In this document: piece by piece, positions 31,408 to 41,115 of the stretch
How the letters are laid out: each line of letters starts with the position of its first letter
Numbering within the stretch: position 1 is the first letter of the stretch
Source of the DNA: Candidatus Kapaibacterium sp.
Lineage (GTDB): Bacteria; Bacteroidota; Ignavibacteria; Kapaibacteriales; UBA2268
Reading direction: 5' to 3'
DNA length: 64,000 bases
Assembly: GCA_963664875.1 (NCBI GenBank)
Contig: OY761611.1
Span: 2,560,001-2,624,000 of the forward strand
Translations under genes and position numbers: made by a program
The notes under the pieces: model-generated
What the model saw: the letters and a program-made list of their open reading frames with translations, nothing else
Database searches by the model: none
Told to the model about the DNA's origin: nothing

Positions 31408-31536
31408 TAGTATATTCTATCATTCGTACAGGATAAATTTAGCAAATATAGGAAATAAAAAATTATGATGCAAGATATTATTTTAACAAGACAGCTAGAT
31501 AATATAATATGATTATGTATAATGTTCTTTTATCCT

Positions 31537-32040
31537 ACTCACCTTGCTCCGTTCGGTTATGGAAACGGGTTTGGTGGGTTTGCCTTTCCCCCGGGCTAAT
31601 ATCTTTGAGCCTTTCAGGCTCTCTACTTATATTCTCAGCCTGTAAGGCTGGCATCAGTAGCACAGGGTGCAGCCCTGTGAAAGAGATTTTCCATTTTTTT
31701 CAAGCCCTGTAAGGGCGTTACACACAGACCACTCACCTCGCTCCGCTCGATTATGGAAACGGGGATGGTGGGTTTGCCTTTTCCCCGGGGCGCTGCCCCG
31801 GGCTATTTGCTTTCAGCCTTTCAGGCTCGTTTTTTTGAATTTTTGGCACTAAATCCTCTCCATTCCCCTCTTGAGGGGTGGATCGTCGCAGACGAGACGG
31901 GGTGGATAAGAACCATATCCAAATCACTACCCCCGAAAATATTAACGCTAAGATTATCTATACAAATTGCATTCTTTATGTTGTTTAAATTTGTTCTTCG
32001 TGTGTTTCCACCCCGGCACTACGTGCCACCACTCAAGAGG
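31537..32040. repeat. Cluster of REP-like GC-rich palindromes
   Basis: cccggggcgctgccccggg, agcctttcaggct, cacagggtgcagccctgtg, gccctgtaagggc, cccctcttgagggg; the same units recur at 34.6, 36.1, 37.7, 39.3 and 41.5 kb. Confidence 0.8.
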
Positions 32041-33232
32041 CAGGGATGATTTGTTCTTTGTAAATATCATATAATATAGTAAATTATAGAAAGCCAAACA
32101 CAAACTTTTCTAATCTGGGGGGATTTATGGAAAAGCAAACGTTAGTAAATTATCTTGATAAGTTGACAGATAAGCGTCGCAGGGAAGGCACACGCCATAA
32201 TCAATCATTTGTATTATTGCTGGTTTTGATGGCGACTATGAGCGGACAATATGGCTATCGTGGCATAGAAAGATTTATAAAGAAGAATGCCGAAGACATA
32301 CTGAAATATTTAAAGCCTCATAAAGATAGATTACCAACTTACGCAACAATTTTTAGAGTGGTAAATAATATAGATTTTGATGAATTTGCACAGATTTTTA
32401 AAGAGTGGTCAAAAGTTTATGCAAAGCCTCAAAGCGGTGAAATAATCAGTATAGATGGCAAAGCTTTGAAAGGCACATTAGTAGAATACAATTCGAAATA
32501 CCAGAACTTTATAAGCATTGTTTCTGCACATTCTCAATCAAGTAAAATGTCACTAAGTATAAGCAAATATGAGAATAAAAAATCAAGCGAGATAAGCGTA
32601 GTTGAAGAAATGATTAGAGATTTAGAACTGACTGGCGTAGTCTTTACAATGGATGCTTTACACTGTCAAAAAAACTCTAAGAACAATTGTTAGTACTAAC
32701 AACAACTATATTATTTGCGTAAAAAAGAATCAAGGTCGTTTGTACAAAGAACTGGAGAGTTTGAGTTCGAGCTGGTCAACAAAGATCGATTATTATAAAA
32801 CCGAAGAAACTAATAGAGACAGACGAGAAACTCGTAAAGTATATGTATATTCATTAAACGATAAAATTAAGAACGAGTGGTCCGGATCACAGCAATTAGT
32901 AAAGGTACAAAGGATTAGAAAAACAAAACGAATGCAGGAAGTTCATGTACATTATTATTTGAGCAGTCAAGAAAAACCAGCAAAGTATTATATGCAGAGC
33001 ATACGAGGACATTGGGGCATTGAAAACCAGCTACATTGGGTAAAGGATGTGGTAATGAAAGAAGATGCTTGGAAAGTGAGAAATACACAAGCAGCTTCAG
33101 TCATGAGCATAATAAAGTCAATTTGTATCAATATTTTTAGGTCAAAAAAGCGCATTGATTGTACCAACTTTTTCTATGAGACTGCCGACAATGTAGAACT
33201 ATTGGTGACTTTGTCAGAATGAATCAACCCTG
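32041..33232 (+). mobile_element. ISAs1-family insertion sequence
   Basis: Ends cagggatgatttgttc / gaatgaatcaaccctg (CAGGG inverted repeats); flanks actcaagagg and cctcaagagg (10-bp duplication, one mismatch). Confidence 0.9.
32127..33222 (+). CDS. ISAs1 transposase split into two frames (32127-32693 and 32653-33222), joined by a -1 shift at an A7 run
   Basis: IDGKAL, KSSEI, TMDALHCQK then (K)TLRTIV...VKKNQ, RGHWGIEN.LHW.KDV...ED. Confidence 0.88.
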
Positions 33233-33247
33233 CCTCAAGAGGGGAAT

Positions 33248-34600
33248 TTAATTTACCACCATTACTTTCATCGACTTAAAAACACTGTTGCCTCTGATAT
33301 TGCAGATATACTTACCTGCACTTACATTGGAACAATCCCATGAAAAAGTATGTTCTCCTGCTTCTAATAAGCCCTGATGTAATGTTTTTATTACTCTGCC
33401 TGAGTTGTCATAGATGAAAACACTGATGTCTTCTGTATTAGCTATTGTGAAAGAAATCTTTGCTGTGTTTGTACTTGGATTTGGATATATTTTATCTTCT
33501 TTTATTTCCTCTTTCTCTTTTACTTTAGTTTTATTCCAAGGAGGGAGGAACACTCCTATTGTATCTGAATTCTCAATGCCATTTTTAAAAGCCGAAACTT
33601 TTATTCCTAAAGAATCAATGTTTTCCAAGTAATCAAATGGTACATATGGTAAAGTTGCAACATTTGTTGAGTCTAAATTATTGAGTTGTCCTATAGCAAA
33701 ATTTGTTCTCTCTTTGTTTCTAAATACAATTTCTTCACCATTGAAGGAAAATATATTGCTTATAGAACTTCTTAATAAATAGGGGTTTTTTAATTCTACT
33801 TTTTTATAGTCAGGATAAGTATAGAGATGTTCTATATTTCCGCTTTGATCACGATCGCTTGAAACACAAAAGAAATTGTGGTTCGTCGCAAAAAAAACAG
33901 AGGACTCTGATCTTGAGTTTTCGCAGGCATAGCTTTTTAAGCCAATAAATTTATTTATTGTAAGATCTAAATAACAGATATTGTAAACAGATGATGTTGA
34001 ATGTGGTACGCAGATGTTTTTTTCATATGTCATATAGTTAATAAACAATTTTGTATTATCAGGAGAGATAGTAAACCAAGACATTCCTGCATAGTAGTCA
34101 TCCTTATCAACTTCTTTTATTATATTGTTCTCAAAAAGAAAATTACCGGTTTCAACGTCATAAGCATAAATCTCATTGGCTGAATTAAGATATAGAGCCT
34201 TGCCATCTGAAGACTTAGCTGCATAGTACAAATCACTATATATGTTTTCCAAAATTTTATAAGTAGTTCCAGTAGTAAGATTCCATATTTGAAATTTGCT
34301 TTTTCGCTTGCCTGAATTTGTAAATACCAGTCGGCTATCTCCAGTTATAAAAATCTTTTTGTAGGAATTAGAAGAATCTGCTTCAAAATCAAGAATAAAA
34401 TCTCCTGTTTCAGCATCCCAAAGTTGGAGCTTGTCTGTAAGTGTAACTACATATTTCCCATCTGGTGAGACGGCTATATCTTTTACTTTGGTATTATTTT
34501 CAATTGCCTTCCACCACAAGACATTTTCAAATTCCTGAGCCTGCAAGTAGTTTGGTAGAAGAAAAATTACAAATAAAAGCATTGAAATGAGCTTTTGCAT
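33248..34600 (-). CDS. Secreted WD40/beta-propeller protein with T9SS CTD, copy 1
   Basis: Signal peptide LQA-Q; DIAVSPDGK, LWDAETG repeats; YPNP...YDNSGR...GKYIC CTD. Confidence 0.88.
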   Translation of the reverse strand: MQKLISMLLFVIFLLPNYLQAQEFENVLWWKAIENNTKVKDIAVSPDGKYVVTLTDKLQLWDAETGDFILDFEADSSNSYKKIFITGDSRLVFTNSGKRKSKFQIWNLTTGTTYKILENIYSDLYYAAKSSDGKALYLNSANEIYAYDVETGNFLFENNIIKEVDKDDYYAGMSWFTISPDNTKLFINYMTYEKNICVPHSTSSVYNICYLDLTINKFIGLKSYACENSRSESSVFFATNHNFFCVSSDRDQSGNIEHLYTYPDYKKVELKNPYLLRSSISNIFSFNGEEIVFRNKERTNFAIGQLNNLDSTNVATLPYVPFDYLENIDSLGIKVSAFKNGIENSDTIGVFLPPWNKTKVKEKEEIKEDKIYPNPSTNTAKISFTIANTEDISVFIYDNSGRVIKTLHQGLLEAGEHTFSWDCSNVSAGKYICNIRGNSVFKSMKVMVVN

Positions 34601-34777
34601 TTTGGGGTATCCTTGTGTTTGTGTTTTTTCTTGTCGCCCTTACAGGGCTCTATATTCTTATGACTTCTCTTTTTCCCGGGGTGCTGCCCCGGGCTAATTT
34701 CTTTGAGCCTTTCAGGCTCGCACCATAATTCGTAATTCGTAATTCGTAATTCGTAATTTGAAATTGGTAATTGATTT
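34601..34777. repeat. Spacer A: REP palindromes plus (TAATTCG)4 and three degenerate heptamers
   Basis: Heptamers at 34726-34774; near-identical to spacer 37691-37904. Confidence 0.85.
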
Positions 34778-36097
34778 CTACCTCGCCACCATCACTTTCA
34801 TCGACTTAAAAACACTGTTTCCTCTGATATTGCAGATATACTTACCTGCACTTACATTGGAACAATCCCATGAAAAAGTATGTTCTCCTGCTTCTAATAA
34901 GCCCTGATGTAATGTTTGTATTACTCTGCCTGAGTTGTCGTAAATTAGAACTCTGATATCTTCTGCTTTAGCTAAACTGAAAGAAATCTCAGCAGTGTTT
35001 GTACTAGGATTTGGATAAATCTTATCTTCTTTTATTTCCTCTTTCTCTTTTACTTTAGTTTTATTCCAAGGAGGGAGGAACACTCCTATTGTATCTTTTG
35101 TGTTTATATGTGCAACCCTGCCACGAAAAGCTGGCATCTTTGTACCTGATGTATCTGTATCTCTTAAATAGAGGAATGGAATATATGGTAGTTTTTTATT
35201 ATCTCTGATATTCCCATTTTTTTGTGGCAAGATATAGAAATGTCTATAAGGAGAATTAAAAGTTTGCCCATCAACTACCAGTTCATTGCTTACTGGCGAC
35301 AGATAGTAATTCGTACATTGTAGGGTATCTCTATCGACAAAAAATGAAACATCTTTTAATTCAGGATACGAGTATATAGCAGTTGGGATCCAACCATAAT
35401 GAAATGCTCCTGTAAAAAGCAGCATATACTTACCGTTTCTACTAAATTCCACATCTGAAGTTGCATTTTCATGTGCATGTTGTGGCATATATTCTTCAAT
35501 TTTAAGTGTATTTGCATCAAGCCAATAGATGCCGTGCGAAGTCATATCTTCATTGGTCCATCCGTATATGATGTACTTGTCATCTGGAGAGTATGTTATT
35601 CCGCCTCTGACATAATCATTTAATTGCTTTGAAGCTATTAATTTCTGTGTTTCGATGTCGTAAACGTATAAAATGTCAGAATCTAATATTGCGATTCGTT
35701 TACTATCGTTCGACATGGAGACACCATCAATATCATTATTATCACTAAATCTGCGGAATATTTTTCCTGTTTCTGTTTCCCATATAGCAAAATCACTTTC
35801 TTTCATTTTATGCGATGCGTAAACATATTTTCCATTTCGTGAGAAATATATATCTGACCCTCGTATGTAACTATCAATCTCAAAATCCATGATAAAATCA
35901 CCATTGTTTGCATCCCACATTTGTAGCTTATCAGTAAGTGAAAGGAAATATTTACCATCAGGTGATATAGCAACATCCCTTACTCTGCCTGGATTATCCA
36001 TTACCTTCCACCACAAGACATTTTCAAATTCCTGAGCCTGCAAGTAGTTTGGTAGAAGAAAAATTACAAATAAAAGCATTGAAATGAGCTTTTGCAT
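34778..36097 (-). CDS. Secreted WD40/beta-propeller protein with T9SS CTD, copy 2
   Basis: Same 31-aa N-terminus and CTD as copy 1; body largely shared with copy 4. Confidence 0.88.
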   Translation of the reverse strand: MQKLISMLLFVIFLLPNYLQAQEFENVLWWKVMDNPGRVRDVAISPDGKYFLSLTDKLQMWDANNGDFIMDFEIDSYIRGSDIYFSRNGKYVYASHKMKESDFAIWETETGKIFRRFSDNNDIDGVSMSNDSKRIAILDSDILYVYDIETQKLIASKQLNDYVRGGITYSPDDKYIIYGWTNEDMTSHGIYWLDANTLKIEEYMPQHAHENATSDVEFSRNGKYMLLFTGAFHYGWIPTAIYSYPELKDVSFFVDRDTLQCTNYYLSPVSNELVVDGQTFNSPYRHFYILPQKNGNIRDNKKLPYIPFLYLRDTDTSGTKMPAFRGRVAHINTKDTIGVFLPPWNKTKVKEKEEIKEDKIYPNPSTNTAEISFSLAKAEDIRVLIYDNSGRVIQTLHQGLLEAGEHTFSWDCSNVSAGKYICNIRGNSVFKSMKVMVAR

Positions 36098-36366
36098 TTT
36101 GGTTTATCCTTGTGTTTGTTTTTGCCTCATCAGCCTGAAAGGCTGACATCAGTAGCACAGGGTGAAGCCCTGTGAAAGAGATATTTCCAAATTTTTTCAA
36201 GCCCTGTAAGGGCGTAATCACAAAACCACTCACCTCGCTCCGCTCGGTTATGGAAACGGGGATGGTGGGGTTGCCTTTTCCCCGGGGCGCTGCCCCGGGC
36301 TAATATCTTTGAGCCTTTCAGGCTTTCACCAAAATTCGTAATTCATAATTTGAAATTCGTAATTGA
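36098..36366. repeat. Spacer B: REP palindromes homologous to 31635-31828, plus degenerate heptamers
   Basis: tcagcctgaaaggctgacatcagtagcacagggtgaagccctgtgaaagag...ccactcacctcgctccgctcggttatggaaacgggg matches the left REP cluster. Confidence 0.85.
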
Positions 36367-37690
36367 CTACCTCGCCACCATTACTTTCATCGATTTGAAA
36401 ACACTGTTGCCTCTGATATTGCAGATATACTTACCTGCACTTACATTGGAACAATCCCATGAAAAAGTATGTTCTCCTGCTTCTAATAAGCCCTGATGTA
36501 ATGTTTGCATTTCTCTGCCTGAGTTATCGTAAATTAGAACTCTGATATCTTCAGCTTTAGCTAAACTGAATGTTATCTCTGCTGTGTTTGTGCTTGGATT
36601 TGGATAAATCTTATCTTCTTTTATTTCCTCTTTCTCTTTTACTTTAGTTTTATTCCAAGGAGGAAGAAATACTCCTATTGTATCTTTTGTGTTTATATGT
36701 GCAACCCTGCCACGAAAAGCTGGCATCTTTGTACCTGATGTATCTGTATCTCTTAAATAGAGGAATGGAATATATGGTAGTTTTTTATTATCTCTGATTT
36801 TTCCATCTTTTTGTGACAAGATATAGAAATGTCTATAAGGAGAATTAAAAGTTTGCCCATCAACTACCAGTTCATTGCTTACTGGCGACAGATAGTAATT
36901 CGTACATTGTAGGGTATCTCTATCGACAAAAAATGAAACATCTTGTAATTCAGGATATGTATAAATAGCTGTTGGGATCCAACCATAAGAATGGAAACTT
37001 GTATAAACTAACATATACTTACCATCTCTGCTGAAAGCAACATCAGAAGTTGCACTTTCGTGCATATGCTGAGGCATATAATCAACATATTCTAAAGTAT
37101 TTGCATCTAAAAAATATACACCGTGCTGTTCTTCACTATTGCTTGTCCAAGCATGCAGAATATATTTGTCGTCCGGTGAGTATTCTATTCCTCCTTTCAC
37201 ATATTCTTTGAGCTGTCTTTGCGCTAACAATTCTTTGGATTCAACATCACATACAGATAAAATATAATCTCCACTATAAACAGCTATCTTTAAGTTATCA
37301 CTTGTCATTTGTGCATGATATATATCATTATTTGAAGGAAATCTTCTATAAATTTTTCCTGTTGCTACTTCCCAAATCGCAAAATCAGAATTCTTCATTT
37401 CGCTACCTGAATAGATATATTTTCCGTCTTTAGAAAAATAAATATCTCCACCCCATAGATACCCATCCAATTCACATTCCAATATATAGTCGCCATTGTT
37501 CGCATTCCATAACTGAAGCTTATCTGTTAAAGATGCCATAATATTTCCCATCTGGTGAGACGGCTATATCTTTTACTTTGGTATTATTTTCAATTACCTT
37601 CCACCACAAGACATTTTCAAATTCCTGAGCCTGCAAGTAGTTTGGTAGAAGAAAAATTACAAATAAAAGCATTGAAATGAGCTTTTGCAT
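36367..37690 (-). pseudogene. WD40/T9SS copy 3, frameshifted near 37540
   Basis: True start ATG 37690 (MQKLISMLL...). One extra base in AAA TAT T ATG GCA breaks DGKY-MASLTDKL; the ORF track shows only 36367-37551. Confidence 0.85.
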
Positions 37691-37904
37691 TTTGGGGTAT
37701 CCTTGTGTTTGTGTTTTTTCTTGTCGCCCTTACAGGGCTCTATATTCTTATGACTTCTCTTTTTCCCGCACTTCGACTCGCTGCGCTCGCTCAGTGACCT
37801 TAGCTGCCCCGGGCTAATATCTTTGAGCCTTTCAGGCTCGCACCATAATTCGTAATTCGTAATTCGTAATTCGTAATTCGTAATTTGAAATTGGTAATTG
37901 ATTT
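37691..37904. repeat. Spacer A': copy of spacer A with a 34-nt insert and (TAATTCG)5
   Basis: Insert at 37769-37802; heptamers at 37846-37901. Confidence 0.85.
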
Positions 37905-39227
37905 CTACCTCGCCACCATTACTTTCATCGATCTAAAAACACTGTTGCCTCTGATATTGCAGATATACTTACCTGCACTTACATTGGAACAATCCCATGA
38001 AAAAGTATGTTCTCCTGTTTCTAATAAGCCCTGATATAATGTTTGTATTACTCTGCCTGAGTTGTCATAAATGAAAACACTGATGTCTTCTGCATCAGCA
38101 ATTGTGAAAGTTATCTCTGCTGCATTTGTGCTTGGATTTGGATATATTTTATCTTCTTTTATTGTTTCTTTCTCTTTTACTTTAGTTTTATTCCATGGAG
38201 GAAGAAATACTCCTATGGTGTCTTTTGTGTTTATATGTGCAACCCTGCCACGAAAAGCTGGCATCTTTGTACCTGATGTATCTGTATCTCTTAAATAGAG
38301 GAATGGAATATATGGTAGTTTTTTATTATCTCTGATTTTTCCATCTTTTTGTGACAAGATATAGAAATGTCTATAAGGAGAATTAAAAGTTTGCCCATCA
38401 ACTACCAGTTCATTGCTTACTGGCGACAGATAGTAATTCGTACATTGTAGGGTATCTCTATCGACAAAAAATGAAACATCTTTTAATTCAGGATACGAGT
38501 ATATAGCAGTTGGGATCCAACCATAATGAAATGCTCCTGTAAAAAGCAGCATATACTTACCGTTTCTACTAAATTCCACATCTGAAGTTGCATTTTCATG
38601 TGCGTGTTGCGGCATATATTCTTCAATTTTGAGTGTATTTGCATCAAGCCAATAGATGCCGTGTGAAGTCATATTTTCATTGGTCCATCCGTATATGATG
38701 TACTTATCATCAGGCGAGTATGTGATTCCACCCCTGACATAATCATTTAATTGCTTTGAAGCTATTAGTTCCTGTGTTTCGATGTCGTAAATAGATACGA
38801 TGTCGTGGTGATCTAAAAATGCAATTCGTTTGCAGTCATTAGAAATTGATACATCATCTACTTTTGTTTGAAAACTGAATCTTTTATAGATTTTTCCTGT
38901 TTCTGTTTCCCAAATAGCAAAATCACTTTCTTTCATTTCACTTTTTGTATAAATAAACTTACTATTGCTCGAAAAACGAATCTTGGTAGAACCTAAGTAA
39001 TTATCTAATTCACAATCAAGTAAAAAATCTCCTGTGTTAGCATCCCAAACTTGCAATTTATCAGTAAGCGAAAGAAAATATTTACCATCAGGAGAGATAG
39101 CAACATCAACTACCTGTGTTTGCCCATCTAAAGCCTTCCACCACAAGACATTTTCAAATTCCTGAGCCTGCAAGTAGTTTGGTAGAAGAAAAATTACAAA
39201 AAAAAGCATTGAAATGAGCTTTTGCAT
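37905..39227 (-). CDS. Secreted WD40/beta-propeller protein with T9SS CTD, copy 4
   Basis: Same N-terminus and CTD; DVAISPDGK, VWDANTG, IWETETGK repeats. Confidence 0.88.
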   Translation of the reverse strand: MQKLISMLFFVIFLLPNYLQAQEFENVLWWKALDGQTQVVDVAISPDGKYFLSLTDKLQVWDANTGDFLLDCELDNYLGSTKIRFSSNSKFIYTKSEMKESDFAIWETETGKIYKRFSFQTKVDDVSISNDCKRIAFLDHHDIVSIYDIETQELIASKQLNDYVRGGITYSPDDKYIIYGWTNENMTSHGIYWLDANTLKIEEYMPQHAHENATSDVEFSRNGKYMLLFTGAFHYGWIPTAIYSYPELKDVSFFVDRDTLQCTNYYLSPVSNELVVDGQTFNSPYRHFYILSQKDGKIRDNKKLPYIPFLYLRDTDTSGTKMPAFRGRVAHINTKDTIGVFLPPWNKTKVKEKETIKEDKIYPNPSTNAAEITFTIADAEDISVFIYDNSGRVIQTLYQGLLETGEHTFSWDCSNVSAGKYICNIRGNSVFRSMKVMVAR

Positions 39228-39585
39228 TTTGGTTTATCCTTATGTTTGTTTTTTTTCTTGCCGCCCTTACAGGGCTCTATATTCTTTGACTTCTCTTTTT
39301 CCCGGGGCGCTGCCCCGGGCTAATATCTTTGAGCCTTTCAGGCTCTCTACCTGTATTTTTCAGCCGAACCCCTTTCCATTCCCCTCTTGAGCGCCGTGCT
39401 GAGCCTGCCGAAGTAGGGTGGCTCGTCGGCAGACGAGACGGGGTGGAACAAGACGAAGCACATATTTTCAGATTATGCAGTATGTTTTTTATATAAATAA
39501 AATTCTTCTCCACCCCGCCCTTTCAGGGCACCACTCAAGAGGGGAATTTTTAATGCTCTAATATTTTTGAGCCCTTCAGGCTCTC
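39228..39585. repeat. Right REP cluster, including a direct repeat of the REP pair interrupted by ISAs1
   Basis: ccattcccctcttga...cagacgagacggggtgg...ccaccccg...ccactcaagaggggaat, as at 31860-32040 plus 33233-33247. Confidence 0.8.
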
Positions 39586-39739
39586 ACACTCTTTTACACC
39601 TACATTCTTATAACGACACACAAGCTACAACAAAGTCTCATAATATTTAAATAATATTATTGGTTGTAACAGTTTCTGAATTGCTATTTTAACTATTGTG
39701 TAAGGATATGGTGAGAGGATAATATGATTTAAAGGGAAA

Positions 39740-40420
39740 TTACAACAAGTCGCAAAAATAGAAGCCGTGTTTGTCTTCAGGTGAGTAAAAGCGGTGGATA
39801 ATTTCGCCTTTTTTGAATGGGATTGCTGATTTGAAAATCGGACCGTCGAAGACAAATGAGTGGAACTCTCCGTTTTCGCCGCAGGGGTCAACTCCTGCCG
39901 GAAGTGAGTTGATGAAATCCATATCTATCATTCTGCCGACATAGTCTTTTGAGAGTTTGGAAGCATCAACGGCTGTTACTATTGCTTTGAAACCAAGTGC
40001 GATAAAATCACGCACAAGAGCAGATGTATCCATTTTCCACAATGGGAATACAGTTTTTATTTCTACTTTTGCAGATTGTTCTTCGCGATATTTTCGCAAA
40101 TCTTCTAAAAATATGTCACCAAAGATTGAGTATTCTATTTCCTGTGACTTAAACTCATTCATCATTTTCAACAGCTCGGCTTCGTACTGTGAATTGTCCG
40201 GAGCTGCCGGCAGGGAGAATGTTGTGAGTGGAATACCAATGCTATCAGCCTGCATTTGTAAAAGCTCATAGCGAACACCGTGCATAGAGATACGCTTAGT
40301 ATCTGCATTTACGGACGTGAGTAGTGAAGAAATCGAATATTCCTCGTCCTTCAAAACTTTATACAATGCAAAAGCCGAATCCTTTCCGCCGCTCCAGTTA
40401 AATATCGCTTTTTTATTCAT
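39740..40420 (-). CDS. Dph6/MJ0570-like PP-loop ATP-binding protein (diphthine-ammonia ligase family)
   Basis: WSGGKDS, SMHGVR, FGDIFLEDL, DPCGENGEFHSFVFDGP. Confidence 0.9.
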   Translation of the reverse strand: MNKKAIFNWSGGKDSAFALYKVLKDEEYSISSLLTSVNADTKRISMHGVRYELLQMQADSIGIPLTTFSLPAAPDNSQYEAELLKMMNEFKSQEIEYSIFGDIFLEDLRKYREEQSAKVEIKTVFPLWKMDTSALVRDFIALGFKAIVTAVDASKLSKDYVGRMIDMDFINSLPAGVDPCGENGEFHSFVFDGPIFKSAIPFKKGEIIHRFYSPEDKHGFYFCDLL

Positions 40421-40428
40421 GTAGCAAC

Positions 40429-41115
40429 CTATAATCTTTGAAAAAATCTATCAAAACGGAGTTCGCCTGTCTGAGGTTCCGCAGAGAAATATATAAATTC
40501 TACTTTACCCAATATATCACTTTGCGGCACAAAACCAAACTCTCGCGAATCATGGCTGTAATCGGAATTGTCCCCGAGTAGCATGAAATAATTCTCTTTA
40601 AACTCGTAAGAATATACTATCCCCAAATCTGAGTCCGAAGAGTCAAATATTGCTGTAGAGTATATTAAGTCAGGATTTTCCTGCTCAATTGCCTGCTTAT
40701 AAAAGGGATGGAATTTTTCAATATCACGGCAGTAAATTGTCATGCCCTCATAAGGAATTTGCAGATTCAAAGCCTCAAATTTGCCGGCAGGAAAATACTT
40801 GTTAGATATTTTGAAATAGGTATCGCCGTCCTTTTTAGAAATACTATCGCCGGGCATTCCAACTGCTCGCTTGACTAATTTAGTCTGAGTAGCAACTATA
40901 TCATTTCTTTTTATATCAAATAACTCAACTAACAGCCCACCCACACCAAAAGAATACGCCATTTTATTTATAAACACATAATCTCCCGGCAAAATTTCAG
41001 GCATCATCGAACGCGTGGGGACAAGAGCAAAGCCCAGCACAAGGAGCCTCAACAGCACTACTGCCGCAAAAATCACAGCAAATATTTGCAAAGTATCTTT
41101 AGCTCTTTTTGTCAA
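40429..41115 (-). CDS. lepB: Signal peptidase I
   Basis: VPTRSMMP (Ser), LVKRAVGMPGD (Lys), GDNSDYSHDSR.FG; TTG start. Confidence 0.88.
   Translation of the reverse strand: MTKRAKDTLQIFAVIFAAVVLLRLLVLGFALVPTRSMMPEILPGDYVFINKMAYSFGVGGLLVELFDIKRNDIVATQTKLVKRAVGMPGDSISKKDGDTYFKISNKYFPAGKFEALNLQIPYEGMTIYCRDIEKFHPFYKQAIEQENPDLIYSTAIFDSSDSDLGIVYSYEFKENYFMLLGDNSDYSHDSREFGFVPQSDILGKVEFIYFSAEPQTGELRFDRFFQRL

Noticed and set aside
31509-32049. Short ORFs over the REP cluster (also 36024-36233 and 39277-39513)
   Set aside because: Translations of GC-rich palindromic repeats, with no coding signature.
33248-39227. Diversity-generating retroelement as the cause of WD40 variation
   Set aside because: No reverse transcriptase in the window; differences are block-wise and not restricted to adenines.
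31537-39585. Possible CRISPR array or integron attC sites among the palindromes
   Set aside because: No regular repeat-spacer period, no cas gene, no integrase, and no RYYYAAC/GTTRRRY ends; REP-like clusters fit better.
39740-40420. Diphthamide pathway in a bacterium
   Set aside because: Dph6-like PP-loop proteins are widespread in bacteria without the other dph genes; none are present here.
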